Below are positions 39,572-49,511 of a stretch of 64,000 nt of DNA, in pieces (positions within the stretch are counted from its first letter, which is position 1; each line of letters starts with the position of its first letter). Source of the DNA: an uncultured delta proteobacterium (GTDB lineage Bacteria; Desulfobacterota; Desulfuromonadia; Desulfuromonadales; JACZKF01); the NCBI GenBank assembly GCA_963816395.1, contig CAWFKQ010000016.1:64001-128000 (forward strand), read 5' to 3'. The notes under the pieces were generated by a model. The model had not been told where the DNA came from. It made no database searches and worked only from the letters and a program-made list of their open reading frames with translations. Both the position numbers and the translations under genes were made by a program.

Positions 39572-40087
39572 CTAGTCGATCTTGCAGTAAGCCGTAGTGG
39601 GGGCATTACAGACCGGGCAGGGGCCGGGCGGCTCCCCCTCGACGGTGTGGCCGCAGACCTTGCAGACGTAGAAATCCGCCCCCGGCTCCTCTCCCTTTTC
39701 CAACTGCTCCAGGGCCTTTTGAAAAAGCCTGGCATGCGCCTGCTCCACGGCATGGGCATAGGAAAAGATCCGGTGCGCTCCCTCGATTCTCTCCTCCATG
39801 GCATGGGCGATCATGGCTGGATACATGACGGTGGATTCATGGGTTTCCCCGCCGATGGCTGCCCGCAGATTGTCCGCCGAGGAGCCGACGCCGCCGAGGA
39901 TTTTCAACTGGGCGTGGGCGTGAATGGTCTCGGCTTCGGCCACCGCCCGGAACAGCCTGGCGAGGCCGGCATGACCCTCCCGCTCCGCCTTGATGGCGTA
40001 TGCCAGGTAGCGCCGGTTGGCCTGCGACTCCCCGGCAAAGGCTTCCCGCAAGTCCTTCTCGGTTCTGGTCCCGCTGATTTTCTGCAT
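39572..40087 (-). CDS. rbr: Rubrerythrin
   Basis: AFAGESQANRRY, AETIHA, GETHE, EQAH diiron motifs; C-terminal CKVCGH...CPVC. Confidence 0.9.
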   Translation of the reverse strand: MQKISGTRTEKDLREAFAGESQANRRYLAYAIKAEREGHAGLARLFRAVAEAETIHAHAQLKILGGVGSSADNLRAAIGGETHESTVMYPAMIAHAMEERIEGAHRIFSYAHAVEQAHARLFQKALEQLEKGEEPGADFYVCKVCGHTVEGEPPGPCPVCNAPTTAYCKID

Positions 40088-40159
40088 GGGCTGCTCCCTT
40101 CTTTTTTGATGTCCGGAAATTTTTGCCCTTAGCTGCGCCGGGAAAGAATCCACCCCCGA

Positions 40160-40858
40160 TCAGGACGGGGTCCCGCAAACCAGTCCACGGATCAATTCAT
40201 TGCCCGCCCCCGGCTTCTCCGCCACCAGGACCTCCGAGGCCAGCCCCCATCGGCTGAGCCGATCATGGAACCGAAGCTTCCAGGCCGGACCGGCGATCAA
40301 CTCCGAGAGGCTGACCGGCCGGCAGCCGCCGACCAGCTGCGGGTGGAGGGCATGGAGGGCGGTCCAGAGGTGCTCCACCAGGCGGGAGCCCGGGGTGAAG
40401 CCGTGCGTCAGGCTGACCAGACCCAGGAGACCGCCCGGTGCCAGGACCCGTTGCGCTTCCTGCAGCAGGAGCCGGATGTCCTCCCAGCTCAGCAGGTCGA
40501 GCACGTAGGTCGACAGGAAGCGGTCGAAGGTCCCCTCGCCGATATCGAGGCGGGGGGAGCCGTTCGCCAGGCGGACCTGGGCTCGGGCGCCGAAGGGGGC
40601 CAGGCGCTCTTGCGCCAGGGCAACCATGGTCTCGCTGATGTCGATACCGAGGTAGCACGCCTCCGCCGGCAGGCTCCCGGCGAGAAGGGTAGCCGCCATG
40701 CGGCCGGTGCCGCAGCCGAATTCAAAAACGGCGCGGGCTTGGCCGAGATCTGCGTGAAGCAGGAGGGCATTGACGGCGGCATCCTCATAAAAACCCTGCC
40801 AGTCCTGCTTCCGGCCGAAGCGGTCGTAAAATGTCTTGGCCTGGCGATGCGACAGCAT
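40160..40858 (-). CDS. Class I SAM-dependent methyltransferase
   Basis: VFEFGCGTG, GIDIS..M, FDRFLSTYVLDLL, VLAPGG. Confidence 0.85.
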   Translation of the reverse strand: MLSHRQAKTFYDRFGRKQDWQGFYEDAAVNALLLHADLGQARAVFEFGCGTGRMAATLLAGSLPAEACYLGIDISETMVALAQERLAPFGARAQVRLANGSPRLDIGEGTFDRFLSTYVLDLLSWEDIRLLLQEAQRVLAPGGLLGLVSLTHGFTPGSRLVEHLWTALHALHPQLVGGCRPVSLSELIAGPAWKLRFHDRLSRWGLASEVLVAEKPGAGNELIRGLVCGTPS

Positions 40859-40888
40859 ACTTTTTCAGCCCAGCAACTTGTGGTCCGC

Positions 40889-41608
40889 TCAGGCGCCGAG
40901 TCGGTCAGCCAGTTCCGGGAAATCCCGGGCCACAACATCGAACGCCGAACCCTCCGCCGGCTCCGGCAGCCGGCCGGGACCGTATTCGAGGGGCCGCGGT
41001 ACATAGGCCGTACGGAAACCGGCGGCCCGCGCCGCCTGCAGGTCATACGGATGCGCCGCCACCATCATCACCCGGTCGGGAGGCAGGCCCAGCCAGTCCG
41101 CGGCGCACCGGTAAACGGCCGGAGCGGGTTTGTAGGTGCCGGCGAACTCGGCGGAAAGGATCGCATCCCAAGGGAGGGCGGCATTTTTGGCCATGCGGAT
41201 CAACAGGGCGGCGTTGCCGTTCGACAACGTCGCCAGGAGAAATCGGGCCCGCAGCCGCTGCAGGCCGCCGATGACATCGGGCCAAGGTTCGAGCCGCTGC
41301 CAGACCTGGTTGAAGTCGTCGATCTCCGCCTCACTCCAGCCGCCGAGTAGGTCGAATTCGGCCAGCAGCTCCAAAAGAACCTGGCGCTGGAGTTGGGCCA
41401 GCGGTCGGAAGGGAAGGGCGCCCTGCCGGATCGTCTCCATCAGAGGCCGGCAGCGAGAACGCCAGGCATCTGCGAACTGCTCCCAGTTCGCCGGCCGGGC
41501 GAGGCTTCCCTGCCGCTTCTCGCCGGCGCGGAGGATGGCGCTGCGCCAGTCGACCACCGTCCCGAAGACGTCGAAGGTGAGAGCCTGGACCGGAGAGAGC
41601 GGGCTCAT
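40889..41608 (-). CDS. Haloacid dehalogenase type II
   Basis: FDVFGTVVDWR, LSNGN, YKPAP, MVAAHPYDL. Confidence 0.9.
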   Translation of the reverse strand: MSPLSPVQALTFDVFGTVVDWRSAILRAGEKRQGSLARPANWEQFADAWRSRCRPLMETIRQGALPFRPLAQLQRQVLLELLAEFDLLGGWSEAEIDDFNQVWQRLEPWPDVIGGLQRLRARFLLATLSNGNAALLIRMAKNAALPWDAILSAEFAGTYKPAPAVYRCAADWLGLPPDRVMMVAAHPYDLQAARAAGFRTAYVPRPLEYGPGRLPEPAEGSAFDVVARDFPELADRLGA

Positions 41609-41704
41609 CGCGGGCCTCCGCTATTCTCTCGGTGCTGCACAGTCATTTACCGGTCCCGCCATGGTTCCGGAAAAAGAGGATTTCACCTGGAAGCTTTTTC
41701 CCCT

Positions 41705-42694
<990 letters not shown>

Positions 42695-42774
42695 TGCGTT
42701 CTCCCTTTCGGCTCTCCCGAGCCAGGTTTTTACTTACTACCTCACTATCTCACGGCAGTCACTGCAGTCAAGGC

Positions 42775-43741
42775 TCAGCCGGATTCTTCCCGGGTCTCGG
42801 GAAAGGCGGCGCGCACCTGCTGCCAGGCCAGGTCGGGGACGACCTCATCGAGGATCTTCATGGAGCTGGCGACCAGCCGGTGGGCATCCTCGAGAGAACT
42901 GACGCCCTGGCGCAGGCAGTCGTTGATGGCGGCGAGCTCCTCACCGATCAGGGCCGCCGCCTTCTTTTCGACCTCGGCCCGCTCTTGCCGCAGGAGCTCG
43001 AGAAACTTCTTCAGCCACCTGGCCCGCAGGGCGGTCGCTACGGCCTCCAGGGCCAGGGCCTGCCACAGCGGGCCTCCCCGGTCGGGGTAATCGGATTTCC
43101 AGGCCGTCACGATCCCGACGATGATCTCGCTGCTCTTGCGGATGCCGTCATCGAGATAGTCGCTTCGTTTCTCGGCCAGCCGGAGCCGGCGCTGCTGTTC
43201 GAGTCTCCTCGGCGGTCATGAAGGGATAGGCCTTGACCAGTTCCGGCCAGGAGACGCCCGTTTCTTGCATCCGCGACTCCAACTCCCGCCAGGCGATTTT
43301 TCCCGCCTCCAGGTGGAAGCGGCGGAAGATGCTGTAGCGGGCGCGTTCAAGCGGATCGTGCGATTCCGCCCCCGGGGCGCCAATTTTGTCGAGATCCTGC
43401 AGGTAGGATCTGAGGGCATCGATATCGGCGGGCTGCAGGCCGGTGGCCAGTTGCCGGTGCGCTGCCTCGATATCCTCGCGGATCTCCCGGTGGATGATCT
43501 CCTCCAGCCGCACTTTCTCCACCGCCGCCGCGGCCAGGCCGCTGCCGCGCTGTTCGGCGGCGGCCACCCGGCGCCGCTCCTCGATCTTGGCGTTCAGCCG
43601 GTCCAGAGCGCTATCGAATTGCTCACGCAGGGCTCCGAAGCCTTTTCCCGGCTGGTCCGGTTCTGCCGGAGGCGGGGCGTGCCGGAAAATTTCCGTCAGC
43701 CCGTTGAGAAACCCCAGTCCCCGCTTTTCCGCCTTTTCCAT
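42775..43741 (-). CDS. Hypothetical helical protein, split by frameshift near 43190
   Basis: Two consecutive minus-strand ORFs (43148-43741, 42775-43110) with host-like codon style; RBS GGAGG upstream; no motif recognised. Confidence 0.55.
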
Positions 43742-44014
43742 CGGTATGCCTCCCGTGTGGCTTCAGCCGGATAATGTGCCAGTCCATTATTGTACCATTA
43801 CCGATCATGGGTGAAATTCAACGGCCTGCCGGGAGGTTCATTAAGCAGGGCAGGTGGACGAGTTAAAGCACCGTAAGTGTTCGATTCAGCGAAACAAAGC
43901 CGCTTTCCCCCGGGGTTGAAAGACGGGAAATATTTAGTAATCTATTTTATAGAGAAAGGAATGTCCGATCGCTGTTACGGCGGTCGGAGAACGAACGGAA
44001 AATGGAGGTAATCC

Positions 44015-44705
44015 ATGGAAAATCAGGAAATCAGAACAGAGAAGGACGCGCAGGTGTTTCTGCAGCCGATAGCAGCCCCTTCGATTCTGGGGCTGTACGG
44101 CTTCGCCGGAGCGACTTTCATGGTCTCCGCCTGGATGGCCGGCTGGTACGGCGATGTGAACACGCCCGTGTATCTCGCCCCCTTTGCCGCCCTCTTCGGC
44201 GGTGCTGGCCCAGTTCCTCGCCGGCATGTGGTCGTTCCGCGCCCGTGACGGTCTGTCCACCGCCATGCATGGCATGTGGGGATCCTTCTGGATCGCCTAT
44301 GGCATTCTGCAACTGTTCTTCATCAATCACCCGGGAGCGCATCCGGCGGGCACCCTTTTCCCGGCGTTCGGCTATTGGTTCATCGTCCTGGCCGCCATCA
44401 CCTGGGTGGGGACGCTGGCTGCCATGGCGCACGACGTCGCATTGACCGGCGTGCTGGGATTTCTCTCCGCCGGTTCGACGGCTGCCGCGATCGCCTTCCT
44501 CACCGGTGCGGGGTGGCTGGTGGTATTGGCAGGCTATCTGCTGATGATCTCCTCCTACATCGCCTTCTATGCGGCCTCGGCCCAGGTGTTGAAGGAGGCC
44601 TACGGGCACGAGATCCTGAAGCTGGGGTTGAGCCGTCGTATGCGCGAAGCGCCGCCGATCATGCCCGGGATCAACGAGCCGGGGGTTATTCACGGCCAGA
44701 AATAG
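44015..44705 (+). CDS. GPR1/FUN34/YaaH (SatP-like) carboxylate channel, +1 frameshift near 44204
   Basis: APSILGLYGFA N-terminal motif; GG-LAQFLAGMW and GSFWIAYG in next frame; several hydrophobic helices. Confidence 0.78.
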
Positions 44706-44733
44706 GTAAGATCGGCCAGTGGCAATTCCAGTG

Positions 44734-44764
44734 GGCCGCCTGATCCAGGCGGCCTTGATTTTTT
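44734..44764 (+). terminator. Rho-independent terminator
   Basis: GGCCGCCTG-ATC-CAGGCGGCC-TTGATTTTTT. Confidence 0.7.
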
Positions 44765-44864
44765 CCCGTGCAGTGTGGTCCGCGCCTTGGCGGTTGCTCC
44801 GCGTCCGCATTTTCTCGGAATTTTCACCTCTCCCGGCCACCTCCGGCTTGCCTTCTGACGTACA

Positions 44865-46040
44865 ATGAAGCGCATGGACAGCCCGTTCTCATCGCTCCCC
44901 TTCTGGCTGGGGGTGGTCATTCTGCTCCTCTGGGTTCTGGCGGCGGTCGATCTGCTGCGCGGCAGCCGCCGGCTGCATTTTCTGCGCGACATCCGTCCGG
45001 CGCTGGCGGCGGCGCCGCCGCGGGTATCGGTGATTGCCGCGGCGCGCAACGAGGCGCGCAACCTGCGCCAGGCGATCGGCTCGCTGCTGGCCCTCGACTA
45101 TCCGGAGATCGAATTCATTCTGGTCAACGACCGCTCCGAGGATGCCACCGGCGCCATTCTGGAGGAGTTGGCGGCGGCCGACCGGCGCCTGCGGGTGGTG
45201 CATGTCGCCGAGCTGCCCCCCGGCTGGCTCGGCAAGAACCACGCCCTGTGGATCGGCAGCCGGCAGGCGACGGGGGAACTGCTCCTCTTCACCGACGCCG
45301 ATATCGTCATGGCCCCTTCCGCCCTGGCGCGGGCGGTGACCTTTCTGCAGCAGGAAGGTCTCGATCATCTCGCCGCCACTCCCGAAACGCGCATGCCGGG
45401 GGTTTTCCTGAACATGTTCGCCGCCTCCTTCATCCTCTTCTTTTCCCTCTATTTCCGCCCCTGGCAGGCGCGGGTGGCGAAAAGCCGGGCGCATATCGGC
45501 ATCGGCGCCTTCAACCTGGTGCGGGCCGCCGCCTACCGGCAGGTCGGCGGGCATGCGACGATCCGCCTGCGGCCGGACGACGATCTCAAGCTCGGCAAGA
45601 TCCTCAAGCAGGGAGGTTTCCGCCAGGATGTCGTCTACGGCGCCGGTCTGCTCGGGGTCGAGTGGTACGCCTCGGTGCGGGAGTTGATCCGCGGTCTGGA
45701 AAAAAACGCCTTCGCCGGTGCCGACTACCGAATCTCGACCGTTCTCTGGGGGGCGGCGTTGAATCTGACCGCCAGCGTCTGGCCCTACCTGGCCCTGTTC
45801 GCCACCGGCGGCGCCACGCGGGTCGTCTATGCCGCCGTGGTCGCGGTGATCACCATCGTCTTCATCGCCAGCGCCGGCTTCCACGGCACCAGGCGCTGGT
45901 ATGCCGTCGGTTTCCCCCTGACCGCCGCCCTGTTCATTTTCATCCTCCTGCGGACCATGGTGCTCAACCTCGCCCGCGGCGGCATCACCTGGCGCGGCAC
46001 CTTTTATCCCCTGGCGCAGCTCAAGGCAAACAAGCTGTAA
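44865..46040 (+). CDS. Glycosyltransferase family 2 (HpnB/CrtQ-like, membrane-bound)
   Basis: VSVIAAARNE, VNDRSED, GWLGKNHA, FTDAD, DDLKLG, ITWRG. Confidence 0.87.
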   Translation: MKRMDSPFSSLPFWLGVVILLLWVLAAVDLLRGSRRLHFLRDIRPALAAAPPRVSVIAAARNEARNLRQAIGSLLALDYPEIEFILVNDRSEDATGAILEELAAADRRLRVVHVAELPPGWLGKNHALWIGSRQATGELLLFTDADIVMAPSALARAVTFLQQEGLDHLAATPETRMPGVFLNMFAASFILFFSLYFRPWQARVAKSRAHIGIGAFNLVRAAAYRQVGGHATIRLRPDDDLKLGKILKQGGFRQDVVYGAGLLGVEWYASVRELIRGLEKNAFAGADYRISTVLWGAALNLTASVWPYLALFATGGATRVVYAAVVAVITIVFIASAGFHGTRRWYAVGFPLTAALFIFILLRTMVLNLARGGITWRGTFYPLAQLKANKL

Positions 46041-46103
46041 GCTGAAAGCCACAAGCTGCAAGCTGCAGCTTAGCCCTAGGTCCCGCTCGCCGCTCGCCGC
46101 TTA
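46031..46103. repeat. Degenerate heptamer repeats (AAGCTGN; CGCTCGC)
   Basis: CAAGCTGT AAGCTGA AAGCCAC AAGCTGC AAGCTGC ... CGCTCGC CGCTCGC CGCTT; contains the GT2 stop codon. Confidence 0.7.
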
Positions 46104-46180
46104 TTTTTTGCGCGCTTGGACGGTAGATACTGCGGGTAAGCACAGTGTATTTTTTACAATTACTGTGATATTGTGCGCCG

Positions 46181-47557
46181 ATGCGCCTCTCCTTGAAACA
46201 TCAGATCCTTCTCGCACCGGCGGCGGTTCTGCTGTTGATGACCCTGCTGCTTGGCTTCCTCCAGTACAATTACTGGGACCTTTCCCGACAGCGGAGGGAA
46301 GCCCGGCGTCTGTACACCGCCTTCATTGCTCTGGCTGAAGCCGATCTGGCCGGTCAGCGCATGTACGGGCTGGCCATGCGGCTCTCCCGCGAGCAATTGG
46401 TCGAAATGGCACGGCTGGAGGAAATGGGCCAGCTGTTTCGTCACCTGGAAGTCGCCACCGACCGGATCATCGCTCTGATGGCGCTGCCCGACAGCAGCCG
46501 GGCGTCATTGCAGCAGGCGGTGAACGATCTCAATCCGGAGCGCGGGTTCGACGCCGACCGCTTTCTCTCCGCCCTCTCTCTGCTGCGTCCCCAGCTGGTT
46601 TCCCTGTCGGAAGTGATCCAGCAGCAGCAGCGGGACAGGATGCGGGACGTGCATCAGGACGACATCGATGAGCTGGTTGCCCGCACCACCTTTGTTTCCA
46701 TCATCGTGCTGGGAGCGGCCATTCTGGTCGGCATCGTCCTCTCCCTGACCTTCGCCCGCCGCATTCAGCTCCGGCTGCAGATACTTTCCGACAGCGCCGG
46801 AAGAATCGCCCGCGGTGAGCTGACACCGCCGCCGGCGCCGTTGCGGGTGCGGGATGAACTGGATGATCTGGCGGTGTCGATCAACCAGATGACCGATCGG
46901 CTGATCCGGGTTGTCAGCACGGAAAAACTTCTGGAAGGAGCGGAGGATGAGCGCCGGCGCATCGCCATGGACATCCACGATCAGACCCTCTCCGACCTGT
47001 CGTCGGTCCTGCGCGGCATCCAGGAACTGAAGACCATCGGACCCTGCCGGGGCACCGCCGCCGGGCTGGAAACCGAGCTGCAGCGCGCCCTTTCCAATCT
47101 GCGCGAGGTCATCGATAACCTGCACCCCCAGACTCTCGACATCCTCGGCCTGGCGGCCGCCCTGCAGTCTTATCTGGAGCGCCATCTCGCCGCCGGGGAT
47201 CTCCCCTGCTATCATTTCTCCTGTTCGCCGGAGGCGGAAGCCGCACCCCTTGCCCGTCTCGAGCGCCTCAATCTGTACCGGATTGCCTTGGAGGCCATTC
47301 ACAACGTCATCAAGCACGCCGAGGCGAACCGCTACGAGGTGCTTCTCGACCAGCGGGACGGGTCGCTGGTGCTCTCGGTGGAAGACAACGGCAACGGTTT
47401 CGTCCCGCCCGCTTTTTCCAGCGGCCGCGGGCTCAACAACATCCGCGAGCGGGCCCGGGTGATCGGCGCCACCGCCTCCTGGCGCCCTTCCCGCTTTTCC
47501 TCCGGCAGCCGTTTCGAACTGATTCTGCCGGTCCGGAACCGACCCGAACAGGGGTAA
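46181..47557 (+). CDS. Membrane sensor histidine kinase (HAMP + HisKA_3 + HATPase)
   Basis: Two TM segments; ERRRIAMDIHD, EAIHNVIKHA, VEDNGNGF, GRGLNNIRERA. Confidence 0.9.
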   Translation: MRLSLKHQILLAPAAVLLLMTLLLGFLQYNYWDLSRQRREARRLYTAFIALAEADLAGQRMYGLAMRLSREQLVEMARLEEMGQLFRHLEVATDRIIALMALPDSSRASLQQAVNDLNPERGFDADRFLSALSLLRPQLVSLSEVIQQQQRDRMRDVHQDDIDELVARTTFVSIIVLGAAILVGIVLSLTFARRIQLRLQILSDSAGRIARGELTPPPAPLRVRDELDDLAVSINQMTDRLIRVVSTEKLLEGAEDERRRIAMDIHDQTLSDLSSVLRGIQELKTIGPCRGTAAGLETELQRALSNLREVIDNLHPQTLDILGLAAALQSYLERHLAAGDLPCYHFSCSPEAEAAPLARLERLNLYRIALEAIHNVIKHAEANRYEVLLDQRDGSLVLSVEDNGNGFVPPAFSSGRGLNNIRERARVIGATASWRPSRFSSGSRFELILPVRNRPEQG

Positions 47558-47564
47558 TCAACAC

Positions 47565-48311
47565 ATGGATACGCCGACCATTCTCATTGCCGAGGACAAT
47601 CCCAGGGATATCGATTTCCTGGAGACGATCTTTCAGAGCTGGAGTCCCTCCTGCCGCCTCGAACGGGCGCCCAGCGGCCGCGTGGCCCTGGATCTGGCCC
47701 TGAAGATGGAGCGGCCACTGGTGGTCAGCGATATCCAGATGCCGGAGCTGAACGGCATCGAGTTCGCCCGTCTGCTCTGGCAGAAGCGGCCCGAGGCGCG
47801 CATCGTCTTCTGGAGCCAGTACAAGGATGAAATGTATGTGCGGGCGCTGGCCCGCATCGTGCCGCCGGAGACGGTGTACGGCTATATCCTCAAGTCCGGT
47901 CCCCGGGAACGGATCGAGGCGGCGGTGCGCACCGTGCTCATTGAGGACCAGTGCTGGATCGACCCGGAGGTGCGCAAGGTGCAGGGGCGGGCCGGCCACA
48001 GTCAGACGGCCTTGTCCGATATCGAATATGAGGCGCTGGTGGATATCACCATGGGTCTAACCGACAACCTGATCGCCCAGCGCCGCTACCTTTCCCGCCG
48101 GGGGGTGCAGAGCCGGCTCAATTCCCTGTACAACAAGCTGGGGCTCGACCAGGAGCAGTTCCACCACGATAAAATCGGCGATGCCTTCAACCTGCGCAAC
48201 CGGGCGGTGTCGGTAGCCTTGCGGCGGGGGTTGATCAATGCCTTCGAGCTGGAGCAGGAGGAGGAGGAATTTCAGGTGTGGCTGGGGAAATTCAAGGCGG
48301 GGCGGCGCTAG
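47565..48311 (+). CDS. DNA-binding response regulator (NarL-like)
   Basis: LIAEDN, SDIQMPELNG, GYILK; C-terminal GLTDNLIA...LSRRGVQSRL..LYNKLG helix-turn-helix. Confidence 0.88.
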   Translation: MDTPTILIAEDNPRDIDFLETIFQSWSPSCRLERAPSGRVALDLALKMERPLVVSDIQMPELNGIEFARLLWQKRPEARIVFWSQYKDEMYVRALARIVPPETVYGYILKSGPRERIEAAVRTVLIEDQCWIDPEVRKVQGRAGHSQTALSDIEYEALVDITMGLTDNLIAQRRYLSRRGVQSRLNSLYNKLGLDQEQFHHDKIGDAFNLRNRAVSVALRRGLINAFELEQEEEEFQVWLGKFKAGRR

Positions 48312-48342
48312 GCTGCGCCGATCCTGATCACAGATTGTATGG

Positions 48343-48372
48343 AAAGCCCGGGGATCGTTCCCGGGCTTTTTT
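48343..48372 (+). terminator. Rho-independent terminator
   Basis: AAAGCCCGGG-GATCGTT-CCCGGGCTTTTTT. Confidence 0.88.
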
Positions 48373-48409
48373 ATCAGCCACTCAGTGCACCCTCGGAAGA
48401 AAATGATTC

Positions 48410-48536
48410 CATCGCCCGCTCCTTGCAGTCGCTCAAGGTGCAGAGAGCGCAGAGCGCAGAGAGCGCAGAGAAATGCTTTTTTTGATTTCTCTCGGTGTTC
48501 TTTGCGCCTTGAGTGAGCGGAGCGAACGGGCGGTGA
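48410..48536. repeat. Palindromic REP-like element with CGCAGAG(AG) inner repeats
   Basis: CATCGCCCGCT...CGCTCAAGGTGCAGAG pairs with CTTTGCGCCTTGAGTG...ACGGGCGGTG; inner GCAGAGAGCGCAGAGCGCAGAGAGCGCAGAG. Confidence 0.75.
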
Positions 48537-48544
48537 AAGGGGTT

Positions 48545-49423
48545 TCAATGCTCCTGCGGTCGGGGATTCCATTTTGACCTGGCGGCAGGCAGGGGGAGCA
48601 GTTCCGGGCGGTACTCGAAGTGCATGGTGTCGTAGTGATACCACTTGCCGCCCCAGATGAAGCCGTGGCGTTCAAAGGCCTCGACGATCGGCCAGGGGAT
48701 CTGGTTGTGCCAGGAAAAGCGGCCGCCGTTTTTTTCGGCATCCCAGCGCCAGTAGGCGACGCGGTCGCCGCCGAGGTCGACGGCGATGCCGAAGCTGTGC
48801 GGGCTGAGGCGGCCGGTGCCGGCGATGGGGCGCCAGCAGTAGCCGCCGGCCGGATGCGCGAGATACGACCGGATGTCGGGGGGCAGCCGCTGCAGGTCGC
48901 GAATGACCGCCGCCAGCTTTTCGTTCACCCCGTTGATGCGGGTGACGCGCAGGCTGGTCGGCCGGCCGAAGGGCCAGGGCACCGCGACCAGGTTCTGCTC
49001 CACCGCCGCCCGGTCGTGCGCCGTACATTTTGCGGAAGAAAGATTCGTGGCGGAGGCGGCCGGGATCGAAGTTCTCCGGCGGCGGGGCGGGAAAGGCGGG
49101 ACCGGCAGGGTAGGGGAGGCGGAACTGGTCCTGCAGGTCGGCGTCGGCGAGGAGATCGGCGAAACTTTTCTCCCGGCGGTCGTCGAAGGGCATGGCCGTG
49201 CCGTCGCACCAGCGGAGAGTGTTCGGGCGGGCGCCGCAGAGGCGGCCGGGATAGGCGGCGAGCAGGGCCTGCAGGCCGGCGGGAAGGGGATCTGCCCGGC
49301 GGCGGCCGGAAACGGCAGCAGCAGGAGCGGCAGGAGAAGCGGAAGGAGGCGACGTAGGACCACGGGCAGTCTCCGGCGAGAATGAACTGCCCGCAGTGTG
49401 ACACGGATCGACTGGCGGGGCAA
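48545..49423 (-). CDS. M15 family metallopeptidase (cell-wall peptidase), two compensating frameshifts near 49295 and 49020
   Basis: SPHSFGIAVD and WGGKWYHYDTMHFEYRPEL in one frame; LLAAYP...DPGRLRHESFFRKMYG in the other for the middle ~275 nt. Confidence 0.82.
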   Translation of the reverse strand: MPRQSIRVTLRAVHSRRRLPVVLRRLLPLLLPLLLLPFPAAAGQIPFPPACRPCSPPIPAASAAPARTLSAGATARPCPSTTAGRKVSPISSPTPTCRTSSASPTLPVPPFPPRRRRTSIPAASATNLSSAKCTAHDRAAVEQNLVAVPWPFGRPTSLRVTRINGVNEKLAAVIRDLQRLPPDIRSYLAHPAGGYCWRPIAGTGRLSPHSFGIAVDLGGDRVAYWRWDAEKNGGRFSWHNQIPWPIVEAFERHGFIWGGKWYHYDTMHFEYRPELLPLPAARSKWNPRPQEH

Positions 49424-49511
49424 TTGCTTCCCCTCCGTTATTACGAAACAGATCCCACTTTACCCGATCCAACGTTGATCTACAGCAAGCCCGCCCCGGG
49501 CGCAAGCTTCT

